A DNA stretch of 63,913 bases, filler included, from Octopus bimaculoides (lineage: Eukaryota), in NCBI RefSeq assembly GCF_001194135.2. It is 5 parts of 5 records of this genome, joined end to end, with 100 filler letters (N's around TTAATTAATTAA, not from the genome) between each part and the next. Parts side by side here need not be neighbours in the genome. Positions count along the whole stretch, not along the records: positions 41,108 to 57,655 come from NC_068999.1; positions 57,756 to 63,913 come from NC_068982.1; 3 more parts are not named here. The stretch is one strand, 5' to 3'. This document shows, one piece after another, positions 48,840-62,858 of the stretch. Both the position numbers and the translations under genes were made by a program. Within the stretch, counting starts at the first letter, position 1; each line of letters starts with the position of its first letter. A model generated the notes under the pieces. The model ran no database searches. It worked only from the letters and a program-made list of their open reading frames with translations, and was not told the DNA's origin.

Positions 48840-49356
48840 ATGTATATATGTATATATATATATATATGTTATATCGATAAATACACACGTATAATAGTGG
48901 GAATATAGACAGATATGCACAGACTCTATGGATGGATAGATGCATGGACAGATAAGTAAAGATATACGAAGAGAAGAGCGGAATAGAGATGAATGGAAAG
49001 GAGCTAAGGAATGGCTATAAATAGGTAGCGGAACAGATGAAGATAATGCACTTTTGCAAATGAATTTCTATTGATTGAGAATAATGATAGCCAATTTTCT
49101 CGAAGACAAGTGTATATTCACATCAAAAGAGACACGTGTAATTACCGACAAACCGAAAACACTGTGAGGTATGTTGCTCATACCGAAGCAATAGTGGTGG
49201 CACAAATGAACTACCCAAACCCCGGTGCCAACCATACCTCTTACACTACGTATGGTGTATATATATGCATGTGTGTATATATATACACACAAACGAATTG
49301 CTTTACTTACACATTAAGTTTTTCACATGCATATATGCATATATATATATACATAT

Positions 49357-49391
<35 letters not shown>

Positions 49392-50779
49392 CATATATAT
49401 ATNNNNNNNNNNNNNNNNNNNNNNNNNNNNNNNNNNNNNNNNNNNNNNNNNNNNNNNNNNNNNNNNNNNNNNNNNNNNNNNNNNNNNNNNNNNNNNNNNN
49501 NNNNNNNNNNNNNNNNNNNNNNNNNNNNNNNNNNNNNNNNNNNNNNNNNNNNNNNNNNNNNNNNNNNNNNNNNNNNNNNNNNNNNNNNNNNNNNNNNNNN
49601 NNNNNNNNNNNNNNNNNNNNNNNNNNNNNNNNNNNNNNNNNNNNNNNNNNNNNNNNNNNNNNNNNNNNNNNNNNNNNNNNNNNNNNNNNNNNNNNNNNNN
49701 NNNNNNNNNNNNNNNNNNNNNNNNNNNNNNNNNNNNNNNNNNNNNNNNNNNNNNNNNNNNNNNNNNNNNNNNNNNNNNNNNNNNNNNNNNNNNNNNNNNN
49801 NNNNNNNNNNNNNNNNNNNNNNNNNNNNNNNNNNNNNNNNNNNNNNNNNNNNNNNNNNNNNNNNNNNNNNNNNNNNNNNNNNNNNNNNNNNNNNNNNNNN
49901 NNNNNNNNNNNNNNNNNNNNNNNNNNNNNNNNNNNNNNNNNNNNNNNNNNNNNNNNNNNNNNNNNNNNNNNNNNNNNNNNNNNNNNNNNNNNNNNNNNNN
50001 NNNNNNNNNNNNNNNNNNNNNNNNNNNNNNNNNNNNNNNNNNNNNNNNNNNNNNNNNNNNNNNNNNNNNNNNNNNNNNNNNNNNNNNNNNNNNNNNNNNN
50101 NNNNNNNNNNNNNNNNNNNNNNNNNNNNNNNNNNNNNNNNNNNNNNNNNNNNNNNNNNNNNNNNNNNNNNNNNNNNNNNNNNNNNNNNNNNNNNNNNNNN
50201 NNNNNNNNNNNNNNNNNNNNNNNNNNNNNNNNNNNNNNNNNNNNNNNNNNNNNNNNNNNNNNNNNNATATATATATATATATATATATAAGCACAGACAC
50301 ACACTCACTAACAAACGTAAAAACTAAAATTAAAACTAAAGTGAACACGAAACGAAAAATAAGAAAAAAAAAGCAAATTAACTACATCAATACAATGTAG
50401 ACAAAAGAAGAATAGAATTGATCAGTAACTGAAAGATCATTTAAAAGCTTTCTAAGGTATAAACGGGGGTGGGAGGGCGAGGTAAATAAGAGGACGCTGC
50501 GTTTTCTTCCTCTTACTTACTTCCCTCCTACCTCCGCATCCTGAAAATAATTGTCAAATTTGAACTAAGGTTCATGAAGAGCTAAGTCGATAGTGTTGTG
50601 GGGGTTAGAGTAGTGGGAGGATGTGGTGGTGGTGGTGGTGGTTTATAGGTGCTGGGGGAGGTGGGGGATAGGGGCTTAGGTTTAACATCACAACAACAAC
50701 AACAAACAGAATAATGATGACGATAACAGCAACGCTGAGGATGGGGTTGGGCAGAAGAAAAGTTTTGGTAGAAATTGAG

Positions 50780-50869
50780 GAGAATTGAGAAAAAAATTGA
50801 GACGACGGCAAAGATGGAAGAACGAAAGGACGACGAAAAGAGAAGAAAGCAAGGAAGGAGAAGAAGGGA

Positions 50870-50904
<35 letters not shown>

Positions 50905-50987
50905 GAAGAAAGAAAGGAAGGAAGAAAGAAAGAAAGAAAGAATGAAAAAAGGAAGGAAGAAAGGAAGGAAGGAAAGAAGGAAAATTG

Positions 50988-51033
<46 letters not shown>

Positions 51034-51750
51034 ATTCATAGATAGGTACACAGACAGGTACACAGACAGATACACAGACAGACAGTCAGACAGACAGGGA
51101 GAAAGAGAGAGAGAAGGAAAGAAGGCAGTGAAGAAAGAGGAGAGACCAAAGTGATGAAGATTAGGACGGCAGAAATATTTTTTTAAAGTGCTGTGTAAGA
51201 GGGAAAGAGAAAGATGGACGAAAAGAAAAGGAAAAAAGGAAGAGAGAGAGAGAGAGAGAGAGAAAGGCACGGACAGAGGAAGATAAAGAGAGGGAGAGAG
51301 AGAGGCAATTTGACAGGGAAATACTCAACGACTTCTAATTGTGTTATTGTGGATGTAAGAGTTGATGAAAAGGTTAAGAAAAGAGTAAGAGAATAGAAGG
51401 AAGAGAGATAAAAGAGAGAACGGGAAGAATGAGAAGAGAAAGATTAGAAAGAGAAAACGTAGGGAGAGGTGGTGGAGATAAGGTTATTTAGAAAGGAGGG
51501 AGGAGAGAGAAAATTAGGGAAAGAATAAGTTAGAGAGTGTGAATGAGAACGGGGTTCCAGAAGATAGAAGTAGAATGAGAAAATAAAGGAATAAGTGAGA
51601 GGAGAAGATGAATAAGGGAAAAGGAAAGAAATAAAAGAAACGAAGACATAAGAGAATGAGAGAGAGAGGGAGAGGGAGGAGGAGAGAATTAATGATAGAA
51701 AAGGAGTAGCAATTTTAAAAAGTGGCGATAATTAAAGAGTGAGTAAAAGA
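50780..51750. repeat. Purine-rich low-complexity tract (GAAA, GGAA, GATA, GA repeats)
   Basis: Direct reading. Confidence 0.85.
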
Positions 51751-52249
51751 GAAACGCAAGCCTGACAATTATTGATGGACGGTGTAACCTCGATGTTCTG
51801 GTGATCTGATGAGCTAGCTTTCTTTATTTGCATTGGTTTCTGAATATACATTCGTGTTGTATAATGCATCATGGATTGTATATTGATAAAAACATGTAAA
51901 CAATTTTATTGCTCAGTGAAATTATTACTATAGGAAGAAGGTTGCGAAACGGCCGTAACCCTAAGGATGTCAAATAGTTAAATAAATATATTCATCTCTG
52001 GTTTTATGATAGTTAAGAAGAAAAAACAACAATGTGAGGATGTGGTACATGCAAAGTATTAACGCTCAGAGAAGGAAAGAAAGGTTGTTTTACGTTTCGA
52101 GCAAAGCTCTTCTTCAGTAACAGGAGACAGAGGAAAGTTCAAGTGAAAAGGAAGACGAAAGAAAAAATCGCCAACAAACCACACGTAGTTACATTTTGAA
52201 AATATAATCTATGTATATAGTAACGTTCTCATATTTTTTACGATTTCCT

Positions 52250-52410
52250 TCTTAGTTTTCACTCTCTCTTGCTTCCTCTAATTTGCCGTTCTCTTTCTCT
52301 CCCCCTTCTCTCTATCAATCTTTACATCTTCCTCTCTATCGCTTTCCTTCAAACTTGTCCATTCCCTTCTCTCTAGCTTCATTCTTTCAACCCTACATGT
52401 CTGTCGTTCT

Positions 52411-52466
<56 letters not shown>

Positions 52467-52476
52467 NNNNNNNNNN

Positions 52477-52517
<41 letters not shown>

Positions 52518-53030
52518 TTCTATCTATCTATCTAACTATTTCACTCTTGTAATTTCTCTGTTTTTTCACTTCCCTAGCTTCACCCTTTCTTTATTTCTAC
52601 ACCCACTCTCTCTCTCCCTATCTCTTTTCTTCTCTCCCTTCTCAAATCTGCCTTCCGTCTCTTCCCTTTACACCCCCTCTCTCTCTATCTCTCTATCAAC
52701 ACTCTCTCTTCTCTGTTCCCTTTAGTCTTTCTCTCCACAAGATCCCTATTTGCTCTATGCCTCTCACACCTCTCACCCCCCACATTTGCTCCTCTCTGTC
52801 TTTTTCTCTCTCATTTCTTCCCTGAAATTTCATTCTCCGTGAATTTCCTTCTTCTAACTCTAATTCCTCATAATCTTTCATTTCTACCCCAAACACTCAC
52901 TCCCACTCACTTTTCACCCTTTCAAACATCTTTTCGCTTTCTTTCTCCCACCACATATTCCATCTACCATTTCATTCTCTCTCTCCCACTCTCCCCCGCT
53001 CTCTCTCTCTCTAACTCTCTCCCTCCCTCC
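52250..53030. repeat. Pyrimidine-rich (CT) low-complexity tract
   Basis: Direct reading. Confidence 0.85.
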
Positions 53031-53462
53031 AGAGAGATATAATATGCAGTTTCAGGTTATTTGGTCTCAGTAGCAACAATTACAGATAATGGATCATGTC
53101 CCACAAGGTTAGAATCTCACTGATGACAAGCAGTAAATTTTATGCATTTGTGTTTGTGCATGTGTGGTAGATGCATTTGCGTACACTTGCATACATTTGT
53201 GTAGTTTTCGCCATATGTCGTTCGAGCTTTAATGTGTGTGTCTTAGTAATTGGGCATCTTTATACGTTCTTACGTGTCGGGGGGTATTTTGGTTCTTAGC
53301 ATTATGTAATTACGTATAATCCTGTGTCATAATGCATGCAAATGTATGCGTGTTTAGCATAAATGTATATGCATATGTATGTGTGTGTAAATATATACAC
53401 ACATATAGATATCTATATTTATATTTATATCTATATACCTATGTGTTTATGTATCAATCTAC

Positions 53463-53511
<49 letters not shown>

Positions 53512-53519
53512 CGTCTATT

Positions 53520-53553
<34 letters not shown>

Positions 53554-53893
53554 NNNNNNNNNNNNNNNNNNNNNNNNNNNNNNNNNNNNNNNNNNNNNNN
53601 NNNNNNNNNNNNNNNNNNNNNNNNNNNNNNNNNNNNNNNNNNNNNNNNNNNNNNNNNNNNNNNNNNNNNNNNNNNNNNNNNNNNNNNNNNNNNNNNNNNN
53701 NNNNNNNNNNNNNNNNNNNNNNNNNNNNNNNNNNNNNNNNNNNNNNNNNNNNNNNNNNNNNNNNNNNNNNNNNNNNNNNNNNNNNNNNNNNNNNNNNNNN
53801 NNNNNNNNNNNNNNNNNNNNNNNNNNNNNNNNNNNNNNNNNNNNNNNNNNNNNNNNNNNNNNNNNNNNNNNNNNNNNNNNNNNNNNNNNNNNN

Positions 53894-53949
<56 letters not shown>

Positions 53950-53954
53950 GTATG

Positions 53955-53987
<33 letters not shown>

Positions 53988-55287
53988 TATGTATGTATAT
54001 ATATACATAATACACATATATATACATATGTATTTATATGTGTAGGCATATGTATGCATATTTACACGTACGTATGTATGTATGCATGTATGTATGTATG
54101 TATTTATGTATGTATGTATGTATGTAAGCCCAACCATATATGGAAGTCTTTGTAAAAGTAGACGTATGGATTTGCTTAGCATGCATAAAGCAATGGTTGT
54201 GATCATGATTGTGCATATGCAGTTGCATAATAGACTTGCACAAACAGGAACTTGTCGTTTGTAAGGAATATAATGCACCGAGATACAATTATCCATCAGA
54301 AATCTTGCTGTGTGTTTGCGTCTGTGTTTTTTGGAGTGTTTTGTTTTCGTTTGTAATCTTCTTCTTTCTTTGTTAACAGTAAAGGAAGAAAAGAGAAGAG
54401 AACAAGACTTGCAAGAGTAATAAAGACACAAGCAGAAAACAAAATCTCCCTCAACGCTATAATGATGGATAAGAAACTGTTCCTTTGTAAATGATGAAGG
54501 GTGATGGGGGAGGGGGAGAGACCGACTGCCTTCAGGGGACACAGAGAGACACAGAGAGTTTTCTTCTTCACTCTACTGACTATTGACTAACCATTCACTA
54601 CTCTTCGATGAAATGATCCACATATATACATACATACATACACNNNNNNNNNNNNNNNNNNNNNNNNNNNNNNNNNNNNNNNNNNNNNNNNNNNNNNNNN
54701 NNNNNNNNNNNNNNNNNNNNNNNNNNNNNNNNNNNNNNNNNNNNNNNNNNNNNNNNNNNNNNNNNNNNNNNNNNNNNNNNNNNNNNNNNNNNNNNNNNNN
54801 NNNNNNNNNNNNNNNNNNNNNNNNNNNNNNNNNNNNNNNNNNNNNNNNNNNNNNNNNNNNNNNNNNNNNNNNNNNNNNNNNNNNNNNNNNNNNNNNNNNN
54901 NNNNNNNNNNNNNNNNNNNNNNNNNNNNNNNNNNNNNNNNNNNNNNNNNNNNNNNNNNNNNNNNNNNNNNNNNNNNNNNNNNNNNNNNNNNNNNNNNNNN
55001 NNNNNNNNNNNNNNNNNNNNNNNNNNNNNNNNNNNNNNNNNNNNNNNNNNNNNNNNNNNNNNNNNNNNNNNNNNNNNNNNNNNNNNNNNNNNNNNNNNNN
55101 NNNNNNNNNNNNNNNNNNNNNNNNNNNNNNNNNNNNNNNNNNNNNNNNNNNNNNNNNNNNNNNNNNNNNNNNNNNNNNNNNNNNNNNNNNNNNNNNNNNN
55201 NNNNNNNNNNNNNNNNNNNNNNNNNNNNNNNNNNNNNNNNNNNNNNNNNNNNNNNNNNNNNNNNNNNNNNNNNNNNNNNNNNNNNNN

Positions 55288-55318
<31 letters not shown>

Positions 55319-55367
55319 TATAAAGACAAAGACAGTGACGGGATATGAGGTGAGAGATAGGGAGAGT

Positions 55368-55405
<38 letters not shown>

Positions 55406-55789
55406 AGGGAGAAAGTTGCAGAGTGTGAGAGAGGAGGAAGACAGAATGTGGGAGAAAGAAGGGTAAAGATATGCAATGTAGACAACTCTATACGTAGAAG
55501 CGTGTGTTAAGTATGGAGGTTGATGGAACCCCACCCCCTAGAAACTGTTAGCCTTGTGACTAAATTAGAAGCCAATATCATAAGAATGTGGTGAGATGGC
55601 GTACTCGATAGAACGTCGGAAAAGAAACGTTTTGGGGGGGTTTTAGGGTGGGCGTTCAAATACCACCAAATTCAACAACCCGTCATTCCTTCGGTGCCGA
55701 TATAATAACATATCAGATGAGGAAAGGGGTTGATGTGAACATTTACCCCAGGCACCTAAAATAGCTTGTCTTATGCCAAAATTAAGAAG

Positions 55790-56157
55790 GATTATTATTA
55801 CTCTTGAGTGAGAGAGCAATACATGGCACCAAAGGGACACTGGTGTAAAATATACGATGCCCATTATACCCACCATGACTACCCGTCTGACAAGGGTACA
55901 CCAGGCACAAGTATCACAACCATATATGCGTGACACGGTGATCTCATATCAAGATAAACAGCGCATGTCCTTGTAGGTGGGGCCCAGTTAGAATTTTCTT
56001 CAGGTCGAGTAGTCCACGATGTTCTAAAGTCCCCTGAATAAGGGTTGTTTAAGGATGATGAATGAATTATCGGTAAGGGACATGCTCAACTGGTTAAGAT
56101 CCGGCAACTGACAAGCAAATCTATGGTATTTATCAGAATACTTGCTGTAACCCATCT
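55790..56157 (-). mobile_element. Interspersed repeat, same family as 35530-35968, with short (AAT)n tail
   Basis: Extended identity to the 35.5-kb copy with an internal deletion. Confidence 0.75.
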
Positions 56158-56237
56158 TTAATAGAACAATGACAAAATATGTACATAAAACTTCCAATCA
56201 GATAACATTGAGAAGCCTCGAGAGCCACTGCCTGGTA

Positions 56238-56415
<178 letters not shown>

Positions 56416-56731
56416 ATCCTAATCTGAAGGGCTGTGACCTAGTGTTTTAGGTTTTGCACTCACGATCGCCGGATCGTGGTCTCGATCCCCGGACCGAGCA
56501 GCGCGTTTGTGCTCTGGAGCAAAGCACTTCATTTCACTTTGCTCTGTGATCATCCTGACATCTGACGTGTGGCACACTTGGTCAGAGGGTGCCGCAATGT
56601 CGATTTGATTGAAGCAGTGAGCTAATGTACTGCACATACATTTGATCTCTACAAACAAATCCCTTCTGCCGGTCGTTCAGCAAAAATGCTGAAGTTCTCA
56701 TACATAGTTTTCGACTGGAGACGCCACCATG

Positions 56732-56809
<78 letters not shown>

Positions 56810-57623
56810 TTGTATTGAGAAAAATAACAGGTGAGAAGACGCAGTACCGAGCAGTATTTAGTCACCTGTATCTGCTTCCGAAATGTTCTCTTATCTGCCT
56901 TAAGCTAGAAATACCCGGATTAATGTTAACGATTCTAACATTTCCTTTACCAACGTTACAGACGTAGATTAAGAAATGAAATCAATGTTATTCGTAGTAT
57001 TTACGCAATTATTTGTGACTCGCTCGTTTTTACTCCGCGTCTATGTATTCATACTTAATGCCACGTTCTTCAAGTGGAACGTTTTCCTTCATTCATCATC
57101 AAATGTCTTAAATACCCATTTCAAATTTTAAATCTCCAATCACTTGTCGCAGACAATCAGAGATAATTTTACCAATCGTAAGAAAAGTAATCGAACATTC
57201 TAAAATCTTAATGCTTGTATACATAAGATAACACTATCTGTTTTCTATTCTTAATTTGGTGCGGCCAATCATATGCCATTGTTTGTCTACCCAGAATGAA
57301 AATAATCTAATTGTTTCTTTCTTATCAGAGTTCACACAGTTAAACTCCTTCCTTTTGTTCATCAAACTGATTTTTCATGTTTCGGCTTGTATTTTGTTAT
57401 CTTTCTACTTTGTATTTTCTTGTTGGTTTTTTTTTTCTGGGGGTGCTTTTCGAGTTTTTCTTGATATCTTTATTTTTTCTCATTTCTTTTGCTTTTCTCA
57501 AACAAAATTTCGTTTGGTCAGTAAGTATTCTATTTGATTTTTGACCCTTAGGTCATTTGGTGGATGCAGATGTATTACATGCATGCATACATACATACAT
57601 TCATACATACACATACACACACA

Positions 57624-57655
<32 letters not shown>

Positions 57656-57825
57656 NNNNNNNNNNNNNNNNNNNNNNNNNNNNNNNNNNNNNNNNNNNNT
57701 TAATTAATTAANNNNNNNNNNNNNNNNNNNNNNNNNNNNNNNNNNNNNNNNNNNNATATATATATATATATATAGGGGTGCTTTATGCATATGTAGTGGG
57801 TGCTTTTTGCCTGTGTTTCTCCCAT

Positions 57826-58266
57826 ACCAGTGGTCGGAAATAAGGTAAAGGATGACTCGTCCGAGAAAATAACATTCTTCTACTGCTCTGAGGACGAATT
57901 CTGTAGGTTTTTACTCCACTCTAAACGCTCTCTAACGTTTGTTTTTGAAAGTAGTGGTTTTCTGATTGCAGCCCTCCTGTGAAATCCAGTTTTGTGCAGC
58001 TCCTGGCAAACAGCTTTGGTGGAAACTGGGTTCTTGAGGTGGTCATTAAGCTCTGCAGTAATTTTAGGAGCTGTACTTTTGCAATCCTTTCTAACAATTC
58101 GCATAAGAGTCTGACGGTCCCTATCTGAAAGTTTTGGTTTTCTTCCGGAGTTTTGTTTCGACGAGGAGATTTTTCCCTCTTTCTCATAGGCTGTCATTAC
58201 TTTCGAGACAGTACTTCTTGATACACCAAACATTTCGGCCGTTTTCGTTACGCTAGTCCCCGCCAT
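57826..58266 (-). mobile_element. Tc1-family transposase fragment (HTH, GRPR-like linker, first catalytic Asp)
   Basis: AEMFGVSRSTVSKV...SGRKPKLSDRDRQTLMRIVRK..TAPKITAELN...VSTKAVCQELHKTGFHRRAAIRKPLLSKTNVRERLEWSK...Q*KNVIFSDESSFTLFPTTG; premature stop at the conserved Trp; 5' part in gap. Confidence 0.93.
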
Positions 58267-59074
58267 NNNNNNNNNNNNNNNNNNNNNNNNNNNNNNNNNN
58301 NNNNNNNNNNNNNNNNNNNNNNNNNNNNNNNNNNNNNNNNNNNNNNNNNNNNNNNNNNNNNNNNNNNNNNNNNNNNNNNNNNNNNNNNNNNNNNNNNNNN
58401 NNNNNNNNNNNNNNNNNNNNNNNNNNNNNNNNNNNNNNNNNNNNNNNNNNNNNNNNNNNNNNNNNNNNNNNNNNNNNNNNNNNNNNNNNNNNNNNNNNNN
58501 NNNNNNNNNNNNNNNNNNNNNNNNNNNNNNNNNNNNNNNNNNNNNNNNNNNNNNNNNNNNNNNNNNNNNNNNNNNNNNNNNNNNNNNNNNNNNNNNNNNN
58601 NNNNNNNNNNNNNNNNNNNNNNNNNNNNNNNNNNNNNNNNNNNNNNNNNNNNNNNNNNNNNNNNNNNNNNNNNNNNNNNNNNNNNNNNNNNNNNNNNNNN
58701 NNNNNNNNNNNNNNNNNNNNNNNNNNNNNNNNNNNNNNNNNNNNNNNNNNNNNNNNNNNNNNNNNNNNNNNNNNNNNNNNNNNNNNNNNNNNNNNNNNNN
58801 NNNNNNNNNNNNNNNNNNNNNNNNNNNNNNNNNNNNNNNNNNNNNNNNNNNNNNNNNNNNNNNNNNNNNNNNNNNNNNNNNNNNNNNNGCGATAGTCGAG
58901 AGATTACTATACATTAAAGAACAAATGAATATACGTGTGTGTGTGTTTGTGTATGTAAATTTTTTTTTTTGCAAGATTCCTGATGTGAAATCGTGTGATG
59001 AAACAAATATTGTTTTTATTTCGGGATGGTCATTTTTTTTCCTCGTTTATTTAGCAAGAAACAAAAAAATGACC

Positions 59075-59780
59075 ATCTCGAAATATAACAATCATCACGG
59101 TATAATCTACCGATGAGACATGACGTTGTAGCTAAGACATTCTATAATGAAATCCATCGGAAGGATAATCCCGAGGACAAAGAAATAAGAATCCACAATA
59201 TGGTAGAAGCCACAGCCACTCATAATAAAAAGGAGTACGGGTGGAATGTCCCAGTGAAGACCTCAATAAAATGTAGTTGTGAAAATTAGCTGCCCAGCGG
59301 ATGTTAACATGAATCTGAAGATCAGTGAAAAAGAGAACACCTACGCTGAACTACTGAGAAATCTGCAGTTACTCTATCCAGGTTACAAGTTCAGGTTTAT
59401 ACTGGGGCCCTGGGATATGTAACACGCTGCCTAAATACCAATCTTGAGAAATTAGGCTTCTCAAAACCAGAAAGGAGAAAGCTAATTCGACGACTACAGA
59501 TCTAATCATCACTGGAACTGTGAAAATCTGTAAAACTTTCCAGAGGTTTATCATTTAAATCTGTACGAGCATGTCTAGATATGCAACTATATGCATGACA
59601 ATACATACATAAAACATTCAAATCTGCACATTCATACATACATACATACATACAAACAAACAAAAATACCCTGTTGTTGATGTTGAAATTCCAATGAAGG
59701 AACCTTGGATCTAGTTTAGAAACCGGTTTGTCTCTATTGGTAAGAAATCTTCAAATAAAACTGAACAATGACATACAAAT
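59075..59780 (+). mobile_element. R4/Dong-like non-LTR retrotransposon 3' end (restriction-like endonuclease) plus 3'UTR
   Basis: PMRHDVVAKTFY (RHD motif), ..ISCPADVNMNLKISEKENTYAELLRNLQLLYPGYKFRF, GALGYV, ITGTVKICKTF; internal deletion and frameshifts. Confidence 0.8.
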
Positions 59781-59803
59781 CTGCACATACATACATACAT
59801 ACA

Positions 59804-59839
<36 letters not shown>

Positions 59840-60391
59840 TAAATACATACATACATAGAAACAAAAATGCTGTGTTGTTGATGTTGAAATTCCAATAAAG
59901 GAACCTTGGATCTAGTTCAGAAACCGGTTCTTTCTCTATTGGTAAGAAATAAACCTGAACAATGAGATACATACATACATACATATGGTCTATTGTTTGT
60001 ATTTAATAAAATAGAATCCTCTTTGGATTTCTGGTTCCTTTGATCTTTCATCATATAACACACACGCGCGCGCGCGCGCGCACGCACACACGTACGTACG
60101 TATATAACTTTGCATCAACAAATTCCCTGTTCTTGTGCAGTCACTCCAATGTCAATACATTTTGTCCTTTCTCAATGCTCATAATTAACTCTGAAAAGTA
60201 TTCGGTAAAGTATTTATATTTTTATCAAATGTTATTTACTCCCACACATGTTGAGTTCACCAAGTAATTCCGATTCTTTTAGCTTCCTTCCTCAGATTCC
60301 CTGAACTCCTTATTGACTGCATATACATACACACATGGAAGTTGATATAAACATGAACTTATATACATGCATGTATTCATATCGATGCGTT

Positions 60392-60442
<51 letters not shown>

Positions 60443-60633
60443 GGGGGAGGGAGGGGAGGGGGAAGAGAGAACATGTGAGACTGTGAGTGTGAGAAAATGC
60501 GCGTCTACGTGTAAAAATGCTCAAAAGGCATTTGCATGTGTGAACGTACGCATATATATGTATGTGTGTTTGTGTGTCTTGTATGCATATTCAAACATCT
60601 ATCTCTCTTCTCTCCCTTTCATTCTCTCTCTCG

Positions 60634-60679
<46 letters not shown>

Positions 60680-61835
60680 CATTAAATAATCTCTATGTTT
60701 GAAGTTCTGGGTTGGTTATCCCATAGGTTGTTTTTCTGTTTATGTGTTAGTATCGCGTGTTTCATTCTTATTCAATATCTTTTGTTCAATATATTTTGTT
60801 CGCTAGTTCGTCCTTTTAAGTTCTATAAACCTTGAGGTGGAAATGTTACTTATTTTTGAAGATATTTCTGTTTTATACGTAGTGATTTTAATTTCAGTAT
60901 TTTGTACCTATAGGCATGAAACAATTCGTGATTAAGATATGGTATTTGAATTTCTAGTAAGATGCAGGTGTAGACGTAATGAACGTATTGCGCTGAAGTT
61001 TCGCTCCTGCTTCTCCCAGGTGTCGAAACCATAGTGATATTCGTTAGACAGCTGATGATGGGAGTATATGTCTCATGTTTTTGTTGTCAGTGAATCTTTT
61101 ATTTCGTGTGTTTTCGTTGTTCAAAGTTTTCTTTTATCTAGGATTACTTGTGGTGGGAGGTTTTGTTGCATATATCCATAATCACCTATATTCATGTATA
61201 CAGTTAAAATATTTGCATCGTGTGTTTGTTTTTGTTTTTTTGGGGGTTTTTTTTTCAATCTCCCGATCCTTTTTCACCTCTGCCAGCAACCAGCGAATTG
61301 GCAGAATCGTTAGATCATCAGACAAATTATCTCGCAATATTTGATTTGACTCTCGGCGCTCTGAGTTCAAATCTCTCCGACGTCATTTTCGCTCTTCATT
61401 TTCTTTTCCTTCATGTTCAGTAGAAAAGAAATGTCAATCCATGACGATGGGTTGGTCTTACAATGAGAACGTGCGCTAGATTCGTTATGGTATTTGTTCC
61501 GATTCTTTGCATTCTGAATTCAAATCGTGACATGGCTTATTTGGGTGATAAATTAATCAATCTCACATAACCAATACAAAGCCAACAAGGGTGGGGGGCC
61601 TCAATGTGGCTGCTCGACATGCTAGAAATAACACCCAAATCACTCCCTCTCAAATCACAATCTTCCGTCTTAGCAAATAGGGAAAGGAGAAATTAAACAC
61701 CACTTCCTGGTACCTAGGATATCTTTAGCGAACACCACATTTTCTCTTCCTCTCTCTCTCTCTCTCCCTCTCTTTCTCTTTCTCTCCCTCTCTGACTCTC
61801 TCACACTTTCTCTTTATTATTCTGTCATTCTTTCG

Positions 61836-61876
<41 letters not shown>

Positions 61877-62014
61877 TCTCTCTCTGTTATTCTCACTCTT
61901 TTACTTCCTCACTGTTTCACATTCACTGTGTCTCTCTCTTTCTCTCACTCACTTACTAATTCTCTCTCCCACCCTCTCTATTTCACTCGCACTTTTACAC
62001 TTATTTTCCCCTTC

Positions 62015-62090
<76 letters not shown>

Positions 62091-62858
62091 ATCATTCTCT
62101 CATAATTTCATAGATGCCCTGTAAAGTGTCATAGGCATTGTTTCCTTTCCTGGTTAAAAAAAACACACACACAGAAATAAACGGTCTGCATTATATTAAA
62201 TAGATGCTAAATAAGTAGTTTTATGAAAGACTAAAACTCTACGGATTGCAAAAACGGTTGCAAGACAGCATTTGTTTAGAAAACTGGAAGAGAAAAAGTA
62301 TAAATGTTTTACTGTCAAAGAAGCGTTTCAGTAATGGAAGGTTGATAAAAAAATATCGTTGGCCTGTTAGATTGATTATAAAATAATGGCTGCGGCTGTA
62401 GAAAGCAATTACATGGAAAGGTGGAAAGAAATCAGTGAATGAAGGTTTCTGTAAAATAAGGTGAAACTATAATAGCTTCTATTATTGGTTATATGAAATA
62501 AGCAATTGTATGGAAGGCCAGAACATAATAACTTACATCTACGATTGGCTATAAAATAAGCGACTGCGTGGAAAGTTGTAAGGTAATTAGTATAAAAGAC
62601 GGAATCAGTATTAGTACCGAAAGGCAATTTTGATAGCCAATTTAATGTGCCTTTCTGTACTGATACGGTTTCTGTTGCCAATAAGTATTTTTTTTAAAAT
62701 AAACCTGCCGGTTATTTGCAATATCAGTGAATGAAAAGACGACTGAAACTCTATATATCGCAGCAATGAGATTTAGTTGGTGTACGATCGGCTGGATGCA
62801 TGCCACTAGGGAAGTCCAACAGTCTGAAAAGTCCAACAGACTGAAAAGTCCAACAGAC

